Assembly (NCBI GenBank): GCA_000934665.2
Contig: JYFJ02002615.1
Coordinates: forward strand, 1 to 54,028
Reading direction: 5' to 3'
DNA: 54,028 nucleotides
Source: Catajapyx aquilonaris
Taxonomy: Eukaryota
In this document: in pieces, positions 37,701-51,292 of the stretch
How the letters are laid out: each line of letters begins with the position of its first letter
Numbering within the stretch: the stretch's first letter is position 1
Notes under the pieces: generated by a model
Databases searched by the model: none
What the model saw: only the letters and a program-made list of their open reading frames with translations
What the model was told of the DNA's origin: nothing
Made by a program: the position numbers and the translations under genes

Positions 37701-40700
37701 GTCTTCATTCGGACTTAACGTTAGTCAAGACATGCGGTGAATAATTCAGTGATGCTTGTGACATGCGAGTGGCCACGTAGTATGCTGACATAGGCAACAT
37801 AATTATATGTGACGTGAAGTCGATGACATCGCAATTGCTCCCAAATTCTCAGAGCGAGTGCATCTTTTGTGGACGAACGAAAGTGTCACGTGTCGGCCTA
37901 TGTTCTATTATGTAAGACCAGCAAAATTACGAGCAATTTCCATGAAAGGATCTGGTTTCCCATGACCCGTCGACGTCCTCGTAACCTTTCAGGGCACGAG
38001 CTTTTAAATTTTAAAGCCGAAGCAAGGCGACTTTGTTATACTGCTCTGCCCAAGACTATTGTTACTTTGACATCTGGGGCTATCAGAGAACTTTACACTC
38101 TGACAATATGCACATGGGATGTCAAATTGGCAGCATGGACGGTAGTGGCATGTATGCAGGGTTTCTCAAATATCAGTATGGAAACGTACGGCTTGTTACT
38201 ATTGCAGAATGACATTATTGATAGAGATATTGTTATTTCATTTGACTCGTTAATTTTTCTGACTAAAATAACTTGTCATAAAACGCTAATTGCAACTGTG
38301 TGAATAATAAGATATCTTATAATGGAAGTGGTAAATAAGACATCTGTTCTGACACCTACTAATTAGTTAGTAGAAGCTCATCTCAGTTCAGTGTTAGATG
38401 ACATGTTAAGCAAAAAAAAAAAAAAAAGTGGGCATCCCTTTCTCACCTACTGTACCATTTGTGATGTTTTATAATGGGTAGAAAATCCAACTCCAGTTTC
38501 ACCCTAATGAGATTGATCCGTTGTTGTGCCATTGCGAGCGTGTGTGCATAAAAAATGAGAACTGGTGCTAAGTTGAGTTAGTTGTTGGCGTCCGGAAAGG
38601 TGGGTGATGAAGGCTGGAAACAGGTGAGGAAGTAATACTTAAAGCCTTCTTTCCCGTCCGAGAGGCGTGGCTTGTCATTAAGTGAATCAACACTGGAGGA
38701 GTAATTACACACCTTTTTTTGGAGGCCTAGATGTAGGGGGATGAGGAAAAGAGGAGTGTGGGGGAGTGGGGGGATATTAATAGGTGGGAGTTATTATGGA
38801 GAAGTGACAGGATAAATGAAAGGAAGTGGGGCAGTGTGAATCAATAAGAAAGCGGGTAGTCTCGCGTGCTGAAAGAGGACAAAGGGTAGGAGGATTTCCT
38901 GGCCAAGCAAGAAAACGGGCTGGGGTTTGTTGGCAACATCCCTCACCTGCATTTGCCTTGCGAAACTGCATTGAAACCGAGGCTCTCTACAACCCATTTC
39001 CAGCACGCTACCACCACGCTCAATAGAGCCAGTGTCGCTTCACTAAGGCGAAATACAGTCATTGCAGCTGCTTGTGGACTCTGAAATATAGGTATTGCTT
39101 TGCAATAGGATTGTATTTAACCTGCTTGCCGTACGGTGCGGAAATACGGTGGCGACATTGTCTGGTTACAGATTTTTTCATGCATCGTGGGGTGTATTGA
39201 TGATTTTGTAAACAGGGCATTTTCCAAAATGCTTTATATTGTTGATCCTCCCCCCTTTCTCTTGTTCACATACAGCACAAGTGTCATAATAGAATCATAC
39301 CAAAAAAAGGCAAGATTAATCTCGCAATTTGTGGTACTTGAGTCAGTTGGCTCGTCAGGTTCACACTGTTTGGTCTGTGAAAATATGTTGAAGTTGGGGA
39401 ATCACTGTGTGCATGCAAAGGTGTAAATGCAATTCTTTGTTCATACAAAGCGACGCTTCCATGTACTTGTACTGTATGACTCAATGTAGCAGAAGGGCAT
39501 AGTATACTGCACCAACACTTGTTACTGGGGAAGTGTGGAAGAAGCCACTAACAATGACGATCGTAAAATTAAGTACGATTCTGTGCAACGGTGTCACGAA
39601 GATTCGCAGTTGATTATACGTCATGAAATGACAGCATTTGTTCCTGCATTATTAGTTACTTCCAGACCTGACTCAAACTATTTATTAGTGCGAAGTTCTC
39701 GTGGTACAGTACCTTGCTTTTTATTCAGTATTGTTGCTCTTCATGAACATTCACTGAACTACTGTGTGTATGAAGAAATATGGTTTTGGACAAACATACC
39801 CTGGCATTATACAGCTATCAGCATACTATCAAAGGGAAGGTTAAGAAAAATAATTTATACGTTGATCTAGTGTGGGCAGTTTCATAATGCGGAATAGGCG
39901 AAGAGAAGTTTGTCGGAAACTGTAGCATTTTTATTGCCCACGACATCAGGAAGAATATTTACATGATGAACACAACCAGAACATTACAGACAGCGGGGAG
40001 TCTGAAGTTGTACCGACATAATATTTTCTCAATTTCCAGTTGTTAACACGAGCAAAAGCTAATTTCCCCCATGTCCCCTAACCAAGGAGATGTATACGGT
40101 AGTTTGTTCGTAATTCTGGCCTCGGAATAGGCCAAGGAATTGTCCTCTACTTGAATCCCCACATAAGGGAATCACTCTTCCTATAGTACTATATAGGATC
40201 CATCTTTGTTTCACATACCGCTGTGGTGTTGTCTGATCAAGTTGATTTTCCACTTCTCACAACCAAATTAACTAAATTAAAGGGGTTAACCGCACATATT
40301 TTAAGAGTCGCAGGATAAGTGGTATAGAGAAGTTGGTTCGGATAAAAAATAGAAAAATGATTCTCTTACTGTTATCACGCAAATACATATAAAACATACT
40401 TGACCATTATTATTTATGTAGTTCTATACAAAATATTTCATTTCAGTCTTTCTACGAGTAATTTGTAAAAATACATTTTAAAGCTTATCAGTTATCAGTC
40501 ACACATGTGTTCCATGTCTTATATTTGATTAATTTGAAAATGTCGAAGGTTTTTGAGTAGTGAGTTTCAGCTGTTTAGATATGATGTGTTGATCGCGAAT
40601 TTTACTTCCACACTTTCTGAAGCGCTCGGTTTGAAGCCACCAGGCGCAGCCTAGCCGATGCAATTTCTTTATTCGTTCGCCTATGTTGGGAGCACAGGTT

Positions 40701-41682
40701 GGGTGTACGGCAAGTACAGTACATTAGAGTGCTCATAACGTAAGAACCGTTTGGACCAAGGTTTGAACATTACAAAACGCTTCAAAGAATTTATCCCCAA
40801 ACAAACCACATGGAAGCATGATGGCAGATATATATTATAAACGCCTTTAGATATTCTAGGCCTATACTACTGCACCCAAGTACCATGTTGATTGAGGCAT
40901 TATTTATGCAATGGCACTAGATTTTGTAAATCTGTGGAGCGTACGACGCAAAGCCTGTAGTCTAACATCACTATAGATGAGACTGTCGTCTGCTAACTTA
41001 ATTTTCTGAAATGGCGATATACAAGTAGTAATATATTATGTACAAGTCACTTGGAGGTGTTGTATAGGTCTGGACCATTTTCTGTCCTGTATGTTGGCGG
41101 ATGCCCAAAGATGCCCCACTTAAATGGCTGGGGTTTTTGAGTAATACCAGCAGGCATTGTCGTGGTTCCTTCTTGAGTAGTTCAAGAGGAGCATCCTTGA
41201 GCATCCTCCATCATAGTGCAAACCTTGGACATAGGGATTCACATATTTTCACATCCCAGAAAAGTTTTGGTGGGCGGCAGAATAAGGAATGACGAAGAGA
41301 AGAAGGCTTTAGGTGTAGTGGCAGGCGTGCTGGATGCAGACATACATAACCTTTGACACGAAAAAAATGCTTCTATTTGCTCCAGAATAGTTACATGGTC
41401 ATAAATATAGTAGCCTACTCAGGAGTGAAGTGTCTGGAGAAGAAGAAACAAAATAAGCAGGCAAATTTGATGTAGGTACTTATAGCATTATCATTTTAGC
41501 TTGGGCTTGTTGGTCTAGAATAGGCTGTGGGTAAGACAAAATGCAAAGTTACAGTGTATACACATGGTCAAAAACTGAAAAATACATTTATTTTACTTGC
41601 CTGTCATTCATCGTAGGTGTTAAAGATGGATAAATAACTGATGGATCCATCATTCAAGTTGACGTGAAGCCTAAATACTGTA

Positions 41683-42159
41683 CAGGGTGGCCACGAATAA
41701 GGGTTACATGTTTGATGAGCAATCCCTATTAATATAAACGAGAGTGGATGTACTACATCCGCGAGCATAAAGATGGAGACGGCAGGCCCTCACCTTCGGC
41801 AGGCGGCTTTGCCAATCTCAGCTATTACGGTACCAAATATACTGTCATAAATACACGAACACACGCCTGAAGTAGGTAACTCGGTCCAAAAAGAGTTCAT
41901 TAATTTGAGTCGGATAAAGAAAGGTCAGAAAAGGGCCTGCTGTGCCGTCTCCATCTTTATGCTCGCGGGGGTACATAATTATGTTTGTATGTCACGCCTA
42001 TTTAACCCACTTTCAGAGTATAGAGAGCGCTGAAATTTGTCATATACCCATGTCTTACCTTTCGGTGATACCTGGAAAAGTCTGAAAACCCTGAATATTT
42101 GGCAACAAAACGAGTTATGAACTAACTTCCGTATTTAGTGCACTTTCGTGGCCACACTG
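41683..42159. mobile_element. Tc1/mariner-type MITE (CAGGGTGGCCACGAA termini) carrying a nested element
   Basis: Left end TA-cagggtggccacgaa; right end ttcgtggccacactg. Confidence 0.7.
41756..41971. mobile_element. Nested MITE with a 26 bp perfect inverted-repeat core, flanked by TA
   Basis: ccgcgagcataaagatggagacggca (41759-41784) and tgccgtctccatctttatgctcgcgg (41943-41968). Confidence 0.85.
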
Positions 42160-42202
42160 CAGTGCTACCCTGCTGTGTACACGTTGCTAGGAGAGGTTTC
42201 TA

Positions 42203-42400
42203 CAGGGTGTCCCACAAGTCTGGAACCATAGGTAATTATTGTATTGTAGGATTGCATTGTTGGTTTCTAACAAGTTGTGCCAACTTGCACTTTGTTGACA
42301 GTCAGAAAAGGTTGAGCACAGTTGGCAAAACTTGAAACCAACAATCCAGTCCTACAGTACAGGAATGACCTACGGTTCCAGAATTGCGTGGGACACCCTG
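42203..42400. mobile_element. MITE, 198 bp, CAGGGTGTCCCAC termini
   Basis: TA-cagggtgtcccacaagtctggaaccataggt ... acctacggttccagaattgcgtgggacaccctg. The right flank is AA rather than TA. Confidence 0.82.
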
Positions 42401-42789
42401 AATGTGGAATTCACCAAATATTGCTATCTGACCATGGCCTTGAAGATATTGGTGAGGAAAGGGAACTATTTCTGGTTGGAAAAGGAAGAGACGAGACGGC
42501 TTGCAGGGGGGTCAAGAAGATTGTGACTCATGATTCATAGGTGCCCTGCCTTCAAGTTCAGTTTCAGTTTTAAAATGTCGGGGAAGAGGAAGGGGTTGAC
42601 CCAGGTTCAACGTGCCCGTGTCATGGCCGATGGTCCAATAGAGCTGGCAAAAGTAATATCACAAAACCGGTGTGGCAAAATTTAGTGCTTCAAATGGATG
42701 GCTGGAAAGTCTCCGCAACAGGCACATAATTTCATGGAGAACAGTGCGTGATGGTGATGCAAGTGAATCTCAAAGTAGAATATTGCATA

Positions 42790-43253
42790 GAGTCAGGAAA
42801 ACATACGTATAATGCATACCGATTTTCCAACTTGGGTCAACTTGGGCACCATTCAAGTCGATGCAAGCTTGAAGTCTTATATTTTGAGAAATGGGCCGTA
42901 TACAGTATACGCTCCCCGAACCTACTGACCTTTTTCTTTGCGGATATTTAAAAAAATAAAATTCAAGTGTACAAGCATGCCAAATCATTCAAAACGTGAC
43001 TTGACTCGTCTGCCCAGTTATTATTGAGGCGTTTAATTATTCAATTCCTGTGGTGATCAACATAATAGCATGAGAGAAGGGCAAAATAAGACTTCAAGCT
43101 TGCATCTACTTGAATGGTGCCCAAGTTGACCTAAGTTGACCCAGGTTGGAAATTCTGTATGCATTATGTTTTCCTGACTCCATTTGCTTTCATTAAATTT
43201 TCTTGATGACTTATTGCTCATCAAACATGTGCCCCGTACTTCGTGGCCACCCA
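42790..43253. mobile_element. Decayed fold-back element with ~97 bp arms (42790-42886 and 43082-43180) and a terminal segment inverted relative to 41683-41723
   Basis: gggcaccattcaagtcgatgcaagcttgaagtctta pairs with taagacttcaagcttgcatctacttgaatggtgccc. Segment 43213-43252 attgctcatcaaacatgt...ttcgtggccaccc is the reverse complement of the 41683 end. Confidence 0.75.
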
Positions 43254-45336
43254 CAGATGCAGTAGGTAACGAGTCGTAAAGTGGTTCGTGATGACAAGTG
43301 TGACAGTACTGCAGTCAGTCAAGAATAGTTGACATTACAGCAGGCTGCAAGCCCTCGGAAACAGATCGGGTAAAATTCTTGTTCGAGTTTGAGCCACCGG
43401 GCAAGAAGGGTTGCTTGCTCACAGGATCCATGATGGATTTGCTCCTGCCGCGCACCGAAGAATCGGAAACGGAGCACAAGAACAGTGTAGCGTATTTCTT
43501 AAAGATGTGTGCACTTAATGTACTTAGAGTACTTATGTGTACTTAATATGCAGACATACATAGCATAATTTATTTTCGTTGAGAATAAATACAATAGTGA
43601 GAAGCGAAGGAAGCTGTCTTATACTGTAGTTATTTAGGGTATAGGTCTTGGTTGGCCTATACCTTTGTCACCCTGTCAGATCTTTTGAGTTCTGAAACTA
43701 CTCTTTCATACAGGGACATTTCTGCCATGCAAAGTATATGACTGGCCATATAGGTTGTACAAAGTTTGTTCACCTTGTCAAAAACATGTATAGGCAGTAT
43801 AATTTTCAAGGAGAGACAAGCCAAAAAGGGAACAGGTCCGGTACGTTGACTGCATGCTATTATCTGAGTTGGAGCTTTATGGCTGACAGATGGATTATTG
43901 GGATGGTTTGATGGGTCATGAAAGTCGTCGCGTGGTAGTCTGAAACAAAGGCTTCAACTTTTAAAATGTCATGTATTATCCCTATACGCCATTTTGCATG
44001 CAGAAGTGGTGTTAGGCACAGGAGAATGAGGCTGTTCTTACCTTTCACATTCCACGGACCGTATGTTATGATAGTGGTTATTGTAGATAGCCTATTAGTG
44101 TAAGCACAGTTCATTTAACCCGTGCAATATTGTACGTTGACTAAAGGATCGAGAGAACGAGTTTATTTCTTTGGGGAATAACCCTCGCATGAATAACTCA
44201 GAAGCAATGATATGGGAGGTGTGCGTTAGTGAAATCTAAACACAGAGTTCATGACTCGTTCGCCATTTTCCAAACGGATACAAATGAAAATCCTCCTCCT
44301 AGACCAAACAGAAATTATCTTACGGAAAGGTTCTACTCAATTCAGCGTCTGTTACAGTCATATTTTACTGTATTTTATTATCGGCCTTGTATATTATCTT
44401 ATCATTATGTACTGCATTAATTATAAGAGAATGAGTGTCACATGAAAAATGACGAACACTTTAAGTGAGTGGCAGTATCCTCCTTTCAAAGGGAATATCA
44501 CCGCAAACCGTCTTATTAAATTTTGGTGCAAAAACCTTAATCTGCGATCGTAAATATAAAGAACCATCACCTTGCGCCCTGTCGTGAGGGGAGTTTATTA
44601 TTATTAAATTTTCAGCCCGTGTTTTCTGTCGGCGAGGTAATTACTCCACAACACGGGGCCAGTATTTATGACACTGCTATACATCCTTTAGTTCCGGTAG
44701 TTATTTTGTGCCTCATTATTATTATTATTACTTGTTCTTAGAACTTACGATTTAAAAACAGCAACAGCTCGTTACTTGAAGCCAAGAACTAAAACTCATA
44801 TAAGATGGCGGATAGCAAAGCGCACATCCAATTGGGTTGATCAAACCCGGGACTAATCACTAAGACTTGATTGATGAGAACATCGAGACATCCAAATTCT
44901 CAAGCTTGTCAAAGGCTGCCTAATAACGAGCTAATCGACAGACGCAAGATGAACTACACTAATAGCTAGGCGGCAGCCACCCGGTAGCAGTAATTTAATC
45001 TGGCAAATGACCAATTGATGCGGATTTCCTAACCCTTTGCATCTAATTTCCTGTCAGGGAAAAGCAACTTAGCAGCAGCACAGTAGTCAAAACTCCGGAG
45101 CCCATTTCCCATACCCGTAATAAGGAATCAAGGAGCATATCCAAGTCCCTTCCCCACTGTCGCCTATTTCCTTTGACCACCAGCAGCTACTCCCTTCTTC
45201 GTCTCTTTTTTGTGCACCGGAGGGTTGATCTGTTCTCAGAAACCAATTTCCAGCCTTTGTCAGTGTTCGAACTCACATAGTTCGGAAACCGCTATAGAAG
45301 GGCAGGCAACATCAATATTAATATGTTTCGCTGGTA

Positions 45337-46004
45337 CAGGGTGATTCTTGTAAAACCGAACCCTAAAATTGTGTTATATTTCGTAAACTTATTGACGAAA
45401 AGCAACGAAATTTTCATGACACGTATACCTCCAATGATGTTGAGCATGACATTTACAGCAAGTGCTGGAAGTGGCCGCCATGTTATGCGAAGCACATGTA
45501 TTAAAACGCGGCGGTGCATGCTGTTGTCTAGAAGAGCGCGTCCCAATGTTGTGGATTTCATTAGTAATGTTTTCTGTAAGGCTTGAATCGTATGTGGCTT
45601 GTTCCTGTACACCCTTTCCTTCAAGATACCCCCGAAAAAATAAGTTTGGGCTCGTGATGTCACAGATTATTTTGGGAATGACTTACTACAGGGTGCGGAA
45701 ATTTATGGTATACCGTCTCTTTGGAAAATGTTAAGAGGGGTTCTAGACGATCACTTGATGGTCGCATCATGGGGTGTCCACAGCATATAGTTACCGAGAT
45801 AATATGCTTCAAACACAAGGTATAAAATATCCCACGACGATTGTTGGTGTCCCAAATCCCGGAGGTTTGAGTTTGCATAATTTGCTGTGATGTCATTTGC
45901 TCAACAACGTTGGAGGTACATGTCATAAAAATTGGATATATTTTCGTCCACTTATTACGAGATATAAGGAAATTTTAGGATTCGGTTCTATGAGAATCAC
46001 ACTT
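45337..46004 (-). mobile_element. Internally deleted Tc1/mariner-superfamily DNA transposon with a transposase remnant
   Basis: ~34 bp TIRs (cagggtgattcttgtaaaaccgaaccctaaaatt / aattttaggattcggttctatgagaatcacactt) with TA on both sides. The minus-strand peptide YFFGGILKERVYRNKPHTIQALQ resembles the DFFLWGYLKxxVYxxKPxTIxEL C-terminal motif of Tc1/mariner transposases. Confidence 0.88.
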
Positions 46005-48161
46005 TAATTCAGTCGAGATTATTTCTTAATTATTATTCTATCTGTCAGTCTGTCGTAATATACTGTGGTATATATAGTGAAGTTTCATGTAACATGCAGA
46101 CTCAGCAGGGAGGACGGTTACCATTCTATAGTAAATATTCACAATACCCGACATGTATAGCTAACATGTAAAGTGAACAAAGGCATGGGGGATCACAGCT
46201 GCTTGGTAAGAAAGAGCGATAACACTCAAATTCGGTGCCCATTACGTTCCTTACCGGAAGAAGGAGAAAATAATAGCCAATTTTGTGCCTGATGAATTTA
46301 AGGCGGCACACACATTAGTTCATGGGGTACCCATCTGCCTTAAGAACACTCGTGAAATGTGGTGAATGAAATTGTAGCATGTTAAGTATTGTTTCGCTGT
46401 GGATAATAGTAGTCAATAATGCACCTATATTGCGGCCCATGTGGTTTTGGATATGTGCAGCATACGTGGTTTGGGGGGTGGAATAATCAGAAGGATGGCC
46501 CTCTTATTATCCCTGGCTACGACGCAACGGGGATATACGATATCGCATCAATAAATACAAACTCTTGACTCTTGTATATTCCATTGTTGTTGGCATGTAT
46601 ATCATTGTAGTCGATTGTTTGGTAAACAGATGATAAGACCACCCAAACTTTAAATACATTTGCCTATTTACGCATAATGCTTCAATGTCCCTGTCAAAAA
46701 ATGAGCAACACTACCTCAGTTAACCATATTCCCTATTTACAAATCAGTAACTGCAATCTAAATAATTGCCTTTAGACTCGTACACGAATAGCCTTCTGAT
46801 CATGGAAATTGCTCAAATCAAAACCCATATAAATTCACAGAAATTACGTGACTTCGCATCACAGCTTTTCCCTAAAACGAGCTGCCTGCGATAACGGCAT
46901 TGCTTCCTCGTTAACTCATGCGACCGTACATCAAATCTGCAACACTGGTCAGCAGGTGCTACCAGAATAGAAATAATATATATGTAAGTTACATAATAAC
47001 CTTATTAAGAATTGAAGGGTTTGGTGGAAACAGTGTAAGTCCAGCACTTTTGTTACTTTCGAGAAAACGAATAAAAGTTGAATTCCCGGAATATTTCAAA
47101 AATGTTTATAATGACAATTTTTTGTTGAATAGGATGATACCAAAGTCAACATGCACCAGAATATTAAGTTTGTGCGATGCACATTACACATTCTACAGTA
47201 GAGTATAATGTGAACAAGTCTTGCTTTTGCACCGAATGAGAATCAAACATGTCCAAATAAATTATTTTTGTGTGTATGTTATGAGCATGGACAATCTTTT
47301 TTCTCCATTATAGGCATACATAGTGTTACAAACTCATCACTTAATTCATCATCAGATATTCAGGCTCCTCATCACTCTGTTTAGCCATACTGCAGCTCTT
47401 TAGTGACTTATACTAATGTGGCATTCCACGTCAATTGTAGGACCACTTTTCCGACAAATATTTTTCGATTTCGACCAAAATTCATGGGTTTGTAGTAGTC
47501 GTCGTTGTATGTAAAGAACCGACATTTCGTCTCTCTGTGACACGTGGTTGCGAAACTACAGGGTGTATAATTGCGATTTTTCACTCATTTGATGCGGTCA
47601 GGGCTTGTAATGGAGGCCCGTAACCTCTGAACCCCTCAAGTGAATCCAAATCTGATACGTGATTTTGGAAGCTCTTTTAAAGGCCTTTAATAATATCGCA
47701 TTGAAAATAGCCGAGATAAAATCTTTCAATTGCAGGATGGCGGCGAAATTTCGATCTTAATATAACTCAAAGTTCGCTACTTTTGGGATTTTTTTAAATA
47801 TACTTTGCAAAGATAAAACTGCTTTGGGTTACAAATCTTTTTTAAACACGTAAATGTGTATGGTCTGGTGGGTATTGCAGAAAACAACCTGCATTAGGCC
47901 TATGCCAAACAGAGGTGTCTATTACATTTTGTGTCGGAATAAGCGTGCTTAAAAATGGAATTAAACTGCTCTAAGATGTCGGAGAGAATGTTAACATCGG
48001 TTCACAGTCGTAAAGGCATCACATCAGTACCGGTATTCTATTCGAGGTCATTGTCACATTAAAAACTCGACAATATGGAATCATTCATTGCAATGTTAGT
48101 CTTCGCATTCAGGGACTTCAGGAACTTGACTGACAGTGTGAGAGATGTTTGGATGAATATA

Positions 48162-48586
48162 CAGGGTGTATCTGAACTCAGTGCCCCGACGTATATGACT
48201 GTCTTCCTAGCCACCAGAGGATCAACTTATGTAGAGGAGTCATTATGTCTGGGCAGCCTCATTACTGAGGTACACTCTTTAGCGATTTTTGCCTAATCGC
48301 TCCTTGTGACTTATAAATATAATTTTCTGGCGTAACTAGCCAAAGAGGCCTTACCACCTGTGGGCAACAAACCAACAAAGTCCCGCCCCCAGACCTTCCA
48401 GAGCCTTCTGACTGGGGGAGAGTTCGATGGGTGGCCTAACCGACAGGATATTTTGTACTACATGTTTGCGGCCAATTATCTCCGTAATGCGGCGGCCAAA
48501 CATAATGACTCCTATACTTAAATCTATCCTCTGGTGGCTTGGAAGGCAGTCATATACGTCGGGACACTGAGTTCAGATACACCCTG
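48162..48586. mobile_element. Complete Tc1/mariner-type MITE, 425 bp, TA TSD, ~110 bp inverted arms
   Basis: TA-cagggtgtatctgaactcagtg.cccgacgtatatgactg ... cagtcatatacgtcgggacactgagttcagatacaccctg-TA. A second copy lies at 1-201. Confidence 0.93.
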
Positions 48587-51116
48587 TATACACTATTCGT
48601 GATATGCTGATATCCAATGTAACATTTTCTTCAATGCACCTGGACTTGACCGACGGAATCACTGGATATTTCTGACGTGTAGAAGCAAAAGCCTTTACTT
48701 CCGGGAAAATTACTACGAGTGTGATGTTTACTGCTCCGACAAACCTGTGGACACAGCAAGATGCAAAACACCACATTCAGTGCTCACAATCAGAATCAGG
48801 AAAATTTATTGTACTATATTATAAATTGTGCTGGTTGGTATTTAAATGTGTTTCAGTATATTGACTCGCCCCATGCTGCCATCCACATTACAAGTTGTGT
48901 AAATTGGATAAATATACAACAAAAGCCGCTTGCTCTCGGTGTGCAGCCAATTTACAGACATTCTTTACTGTAAACTATAAAGGGTTTCTTCAATTTTCGA
49001 TTGTTGCCATACCAATGCGGTACACTATTCTGGCACATTACAATATCGACAACGCCATCGTGTCCGAAAGATTTAGGCGAGAGAGATACGCAGTGTATTG
49101 CAGGAGTAAAGGTGCAATGTGGGTTGCTAGACTCAAAGGGGCATCTTTATTGCGTCGTCAACAATAGAGGCCCTGCACCTAACATTCAGTGTATGTCAGG
49201 TGTGTCAGGTAAGGGAAGCGACTGAGGGATGAATGCCCGAGTAATAAGATACACCTTGCATACATCTAGGCGCGGCGTGGTGTATACAATCATGGTGTCA
49301 TTAATGTGTGAAGTTGTTTTTTTCTTGTATATAGTTGGGTTTGGCATATAATTACTGTATAGGTAGAGTTAATATCAAAAGGAACTAGAGCGTTTCCTTG
49401 TGCAATAAGAATGTGTCAGTACGTTAAAGGTCATTCTACTTGGAAGTCAAGCCCCATTGGAAGTATATGCACAAATAATAAATGACAATAAGCAGAGAGT
49501 TGCTGGAATGGCCGTGGCATTAGGGCTATAGAGGGAAACTCTGTCAGCTGAGACCACTTCGTGAGGAAAATGGGTGGATAGGAACGAATAAGTCGCCTAG
49601 AATAACCGAGCTGCAATTGGCCGATGGGCATGTTGGGTCTTTATGGATTTGTACCACCTGACCTTCCAAGCACCAACTGTCGCCTTTCCCTTCCCCCTAC
49701 CTCCCCTTTGTACAGTTTTTGCCAAACCACGCCCACTTAATATACTGCTGTATAACCCCCCACGTCCACACTACCGGGTAAATATTACATGCGGTGGACG
49801 CAAACAGGTCGAAAAGTATTATGCATTATTATGTTAATTGCTCGCACATTTCCTGGCGAAATTCTCGGACAATGCAATTAAGTCATCGGCGTGGAAAGAC
49901 TACAATTATTTGCATTGTGGCAGCCATGCTTTGTTCATCAGCGCGAGGTGAGAAAATTTCACGTAATTTAGGTAGGCGGTATAGGCATCTGCCTAAAATA
50001 CAAATGAGAATGGGTGGAAGAAAGTGGTCGGAAATTAGAGAGTAGGATATCCGTCACAATGAAGCGAGATGCTCTTTATACTTCACTTATTTCCCACTTA
50101 TCTGGCCTGATAGTAATAGGGTTCGTCGGAATGCTGCCATGCTGGTCAAGTAAAGTTTATACATGCTATACCAGATGCAATGATGTTGCGTAATTCAACC
50201 ATCATATTGGTTGGGAATGCAGGATGTGCCACACGCAGTTGTTTTTTGTCCCAGGTATATATTAGAGGGCCGTATAGTTCAAGTACAAACATTTATTATC
50301 GGAAATCAACGGTAATAATTTTACGTAGGGCATGAGAAAAAAAGTGGTGAAGAATTTGAGAGGGTAAGAAATAGGTAGGGGGCTTATGGGTCTGCATGAG
50401 GTTCGGCGTCACACACAACCTTTGAAAGCGGATTCCGCCATCATGATGGATGATTCCGTTGCATGATCCGCCCGCTTCCATTCTGATTGTTTTTCGTGTC
50501 CAGCCCTGAGATAAGTGGCCCCGAGGAACTCTGACAGCCCTCCCCAAATGATAGATAGAGAGATAGATGTAGCCAAGGCGTCCTATGGGGTGGCCAGACT
50601 CGAAATGGGTAGCCTATGCCGGCTGGTCCGGAAAAATCAAGGGGTAAAAACATAGCCATTTGGGGCCGCGTGTGATATGGCCAAGTTATGGGCATTGTCA
50701 GGACCACAGCCGTATCTCCCCATGTTGGGAGGGGCTTCAGATCGACCTCCTACTCCTTCCCTTTCCCTTTTCCACTGAACGTTCTGTCAGTTATCATGTC
50801 GGGTCAACCTCCAAAAATGTGTATTCTGTGTTTGTATAGATTATGTATGTCATTTTGATGGAGAATGAACAAAGCGGATAAGTGCCACTCCAGAACTTTT
50901 ATTTATCAGTTAAAAATAAAAAAGCAATTTTGTGATATTACATGGTATCAGTATAAGAGGAGAAAAACGTCGCGTTATCACCACCAACTCTAGGCTTTTA
51001 ATGTAAATGACTGTTATTAAAGTCTTGCCATTTTTCTGTTATTTAATTAAGTGTGCACTTAATTTCCAATGCAAATACTGATCATGGCCCATGTTTGTTC
51101 TTTCAATGAATTTCAG

Positions 51117-51292
51117 GGGGTTTCGACGACGACGATGTGACTCATGTGGAAGGGGAGGTGAATCCGGTGCGAGATCTCGATATCATATGCGAGGAACTTC
51201 GGCTGAAGGATCTGGAATATCTGCTAGCCCAGATGGACAAGCTAGAGAGGGGCGTTTTGCGAGGAGGTGACAAGAAGATGAAACCGGAATTT
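51117..51292 (+). CDS. OLA1: OLA1 internal coding exon, 176 nt, (R)[58 protein letters not shown]
   Basis: Matches OLA1 [32 protein letters not shown]...RGGDKKLKPEY. Acceptor tttcAG| and donor TTT|GTAAGT (phase 0). C+GG=Arg joins the previous exon in frame. Not present in the ORF track. Confidence 0.98.

Larger units (their letters stand above)
27543..51116 (+). other. OLA1 intron, ~23.6 kb, GT-AG, phase 1
   Basis: GTAAGT start and tttcAG end; the flanking exons join in frame. Confidence 0.92.

Noticed and set aside
17243..37711. Exact 16-mer ctgcggtcttcattcg at 17243 and 37696
   Set aside because: A single 16-bp match is not unexpected in 54 kb, and the flanks do not extend.
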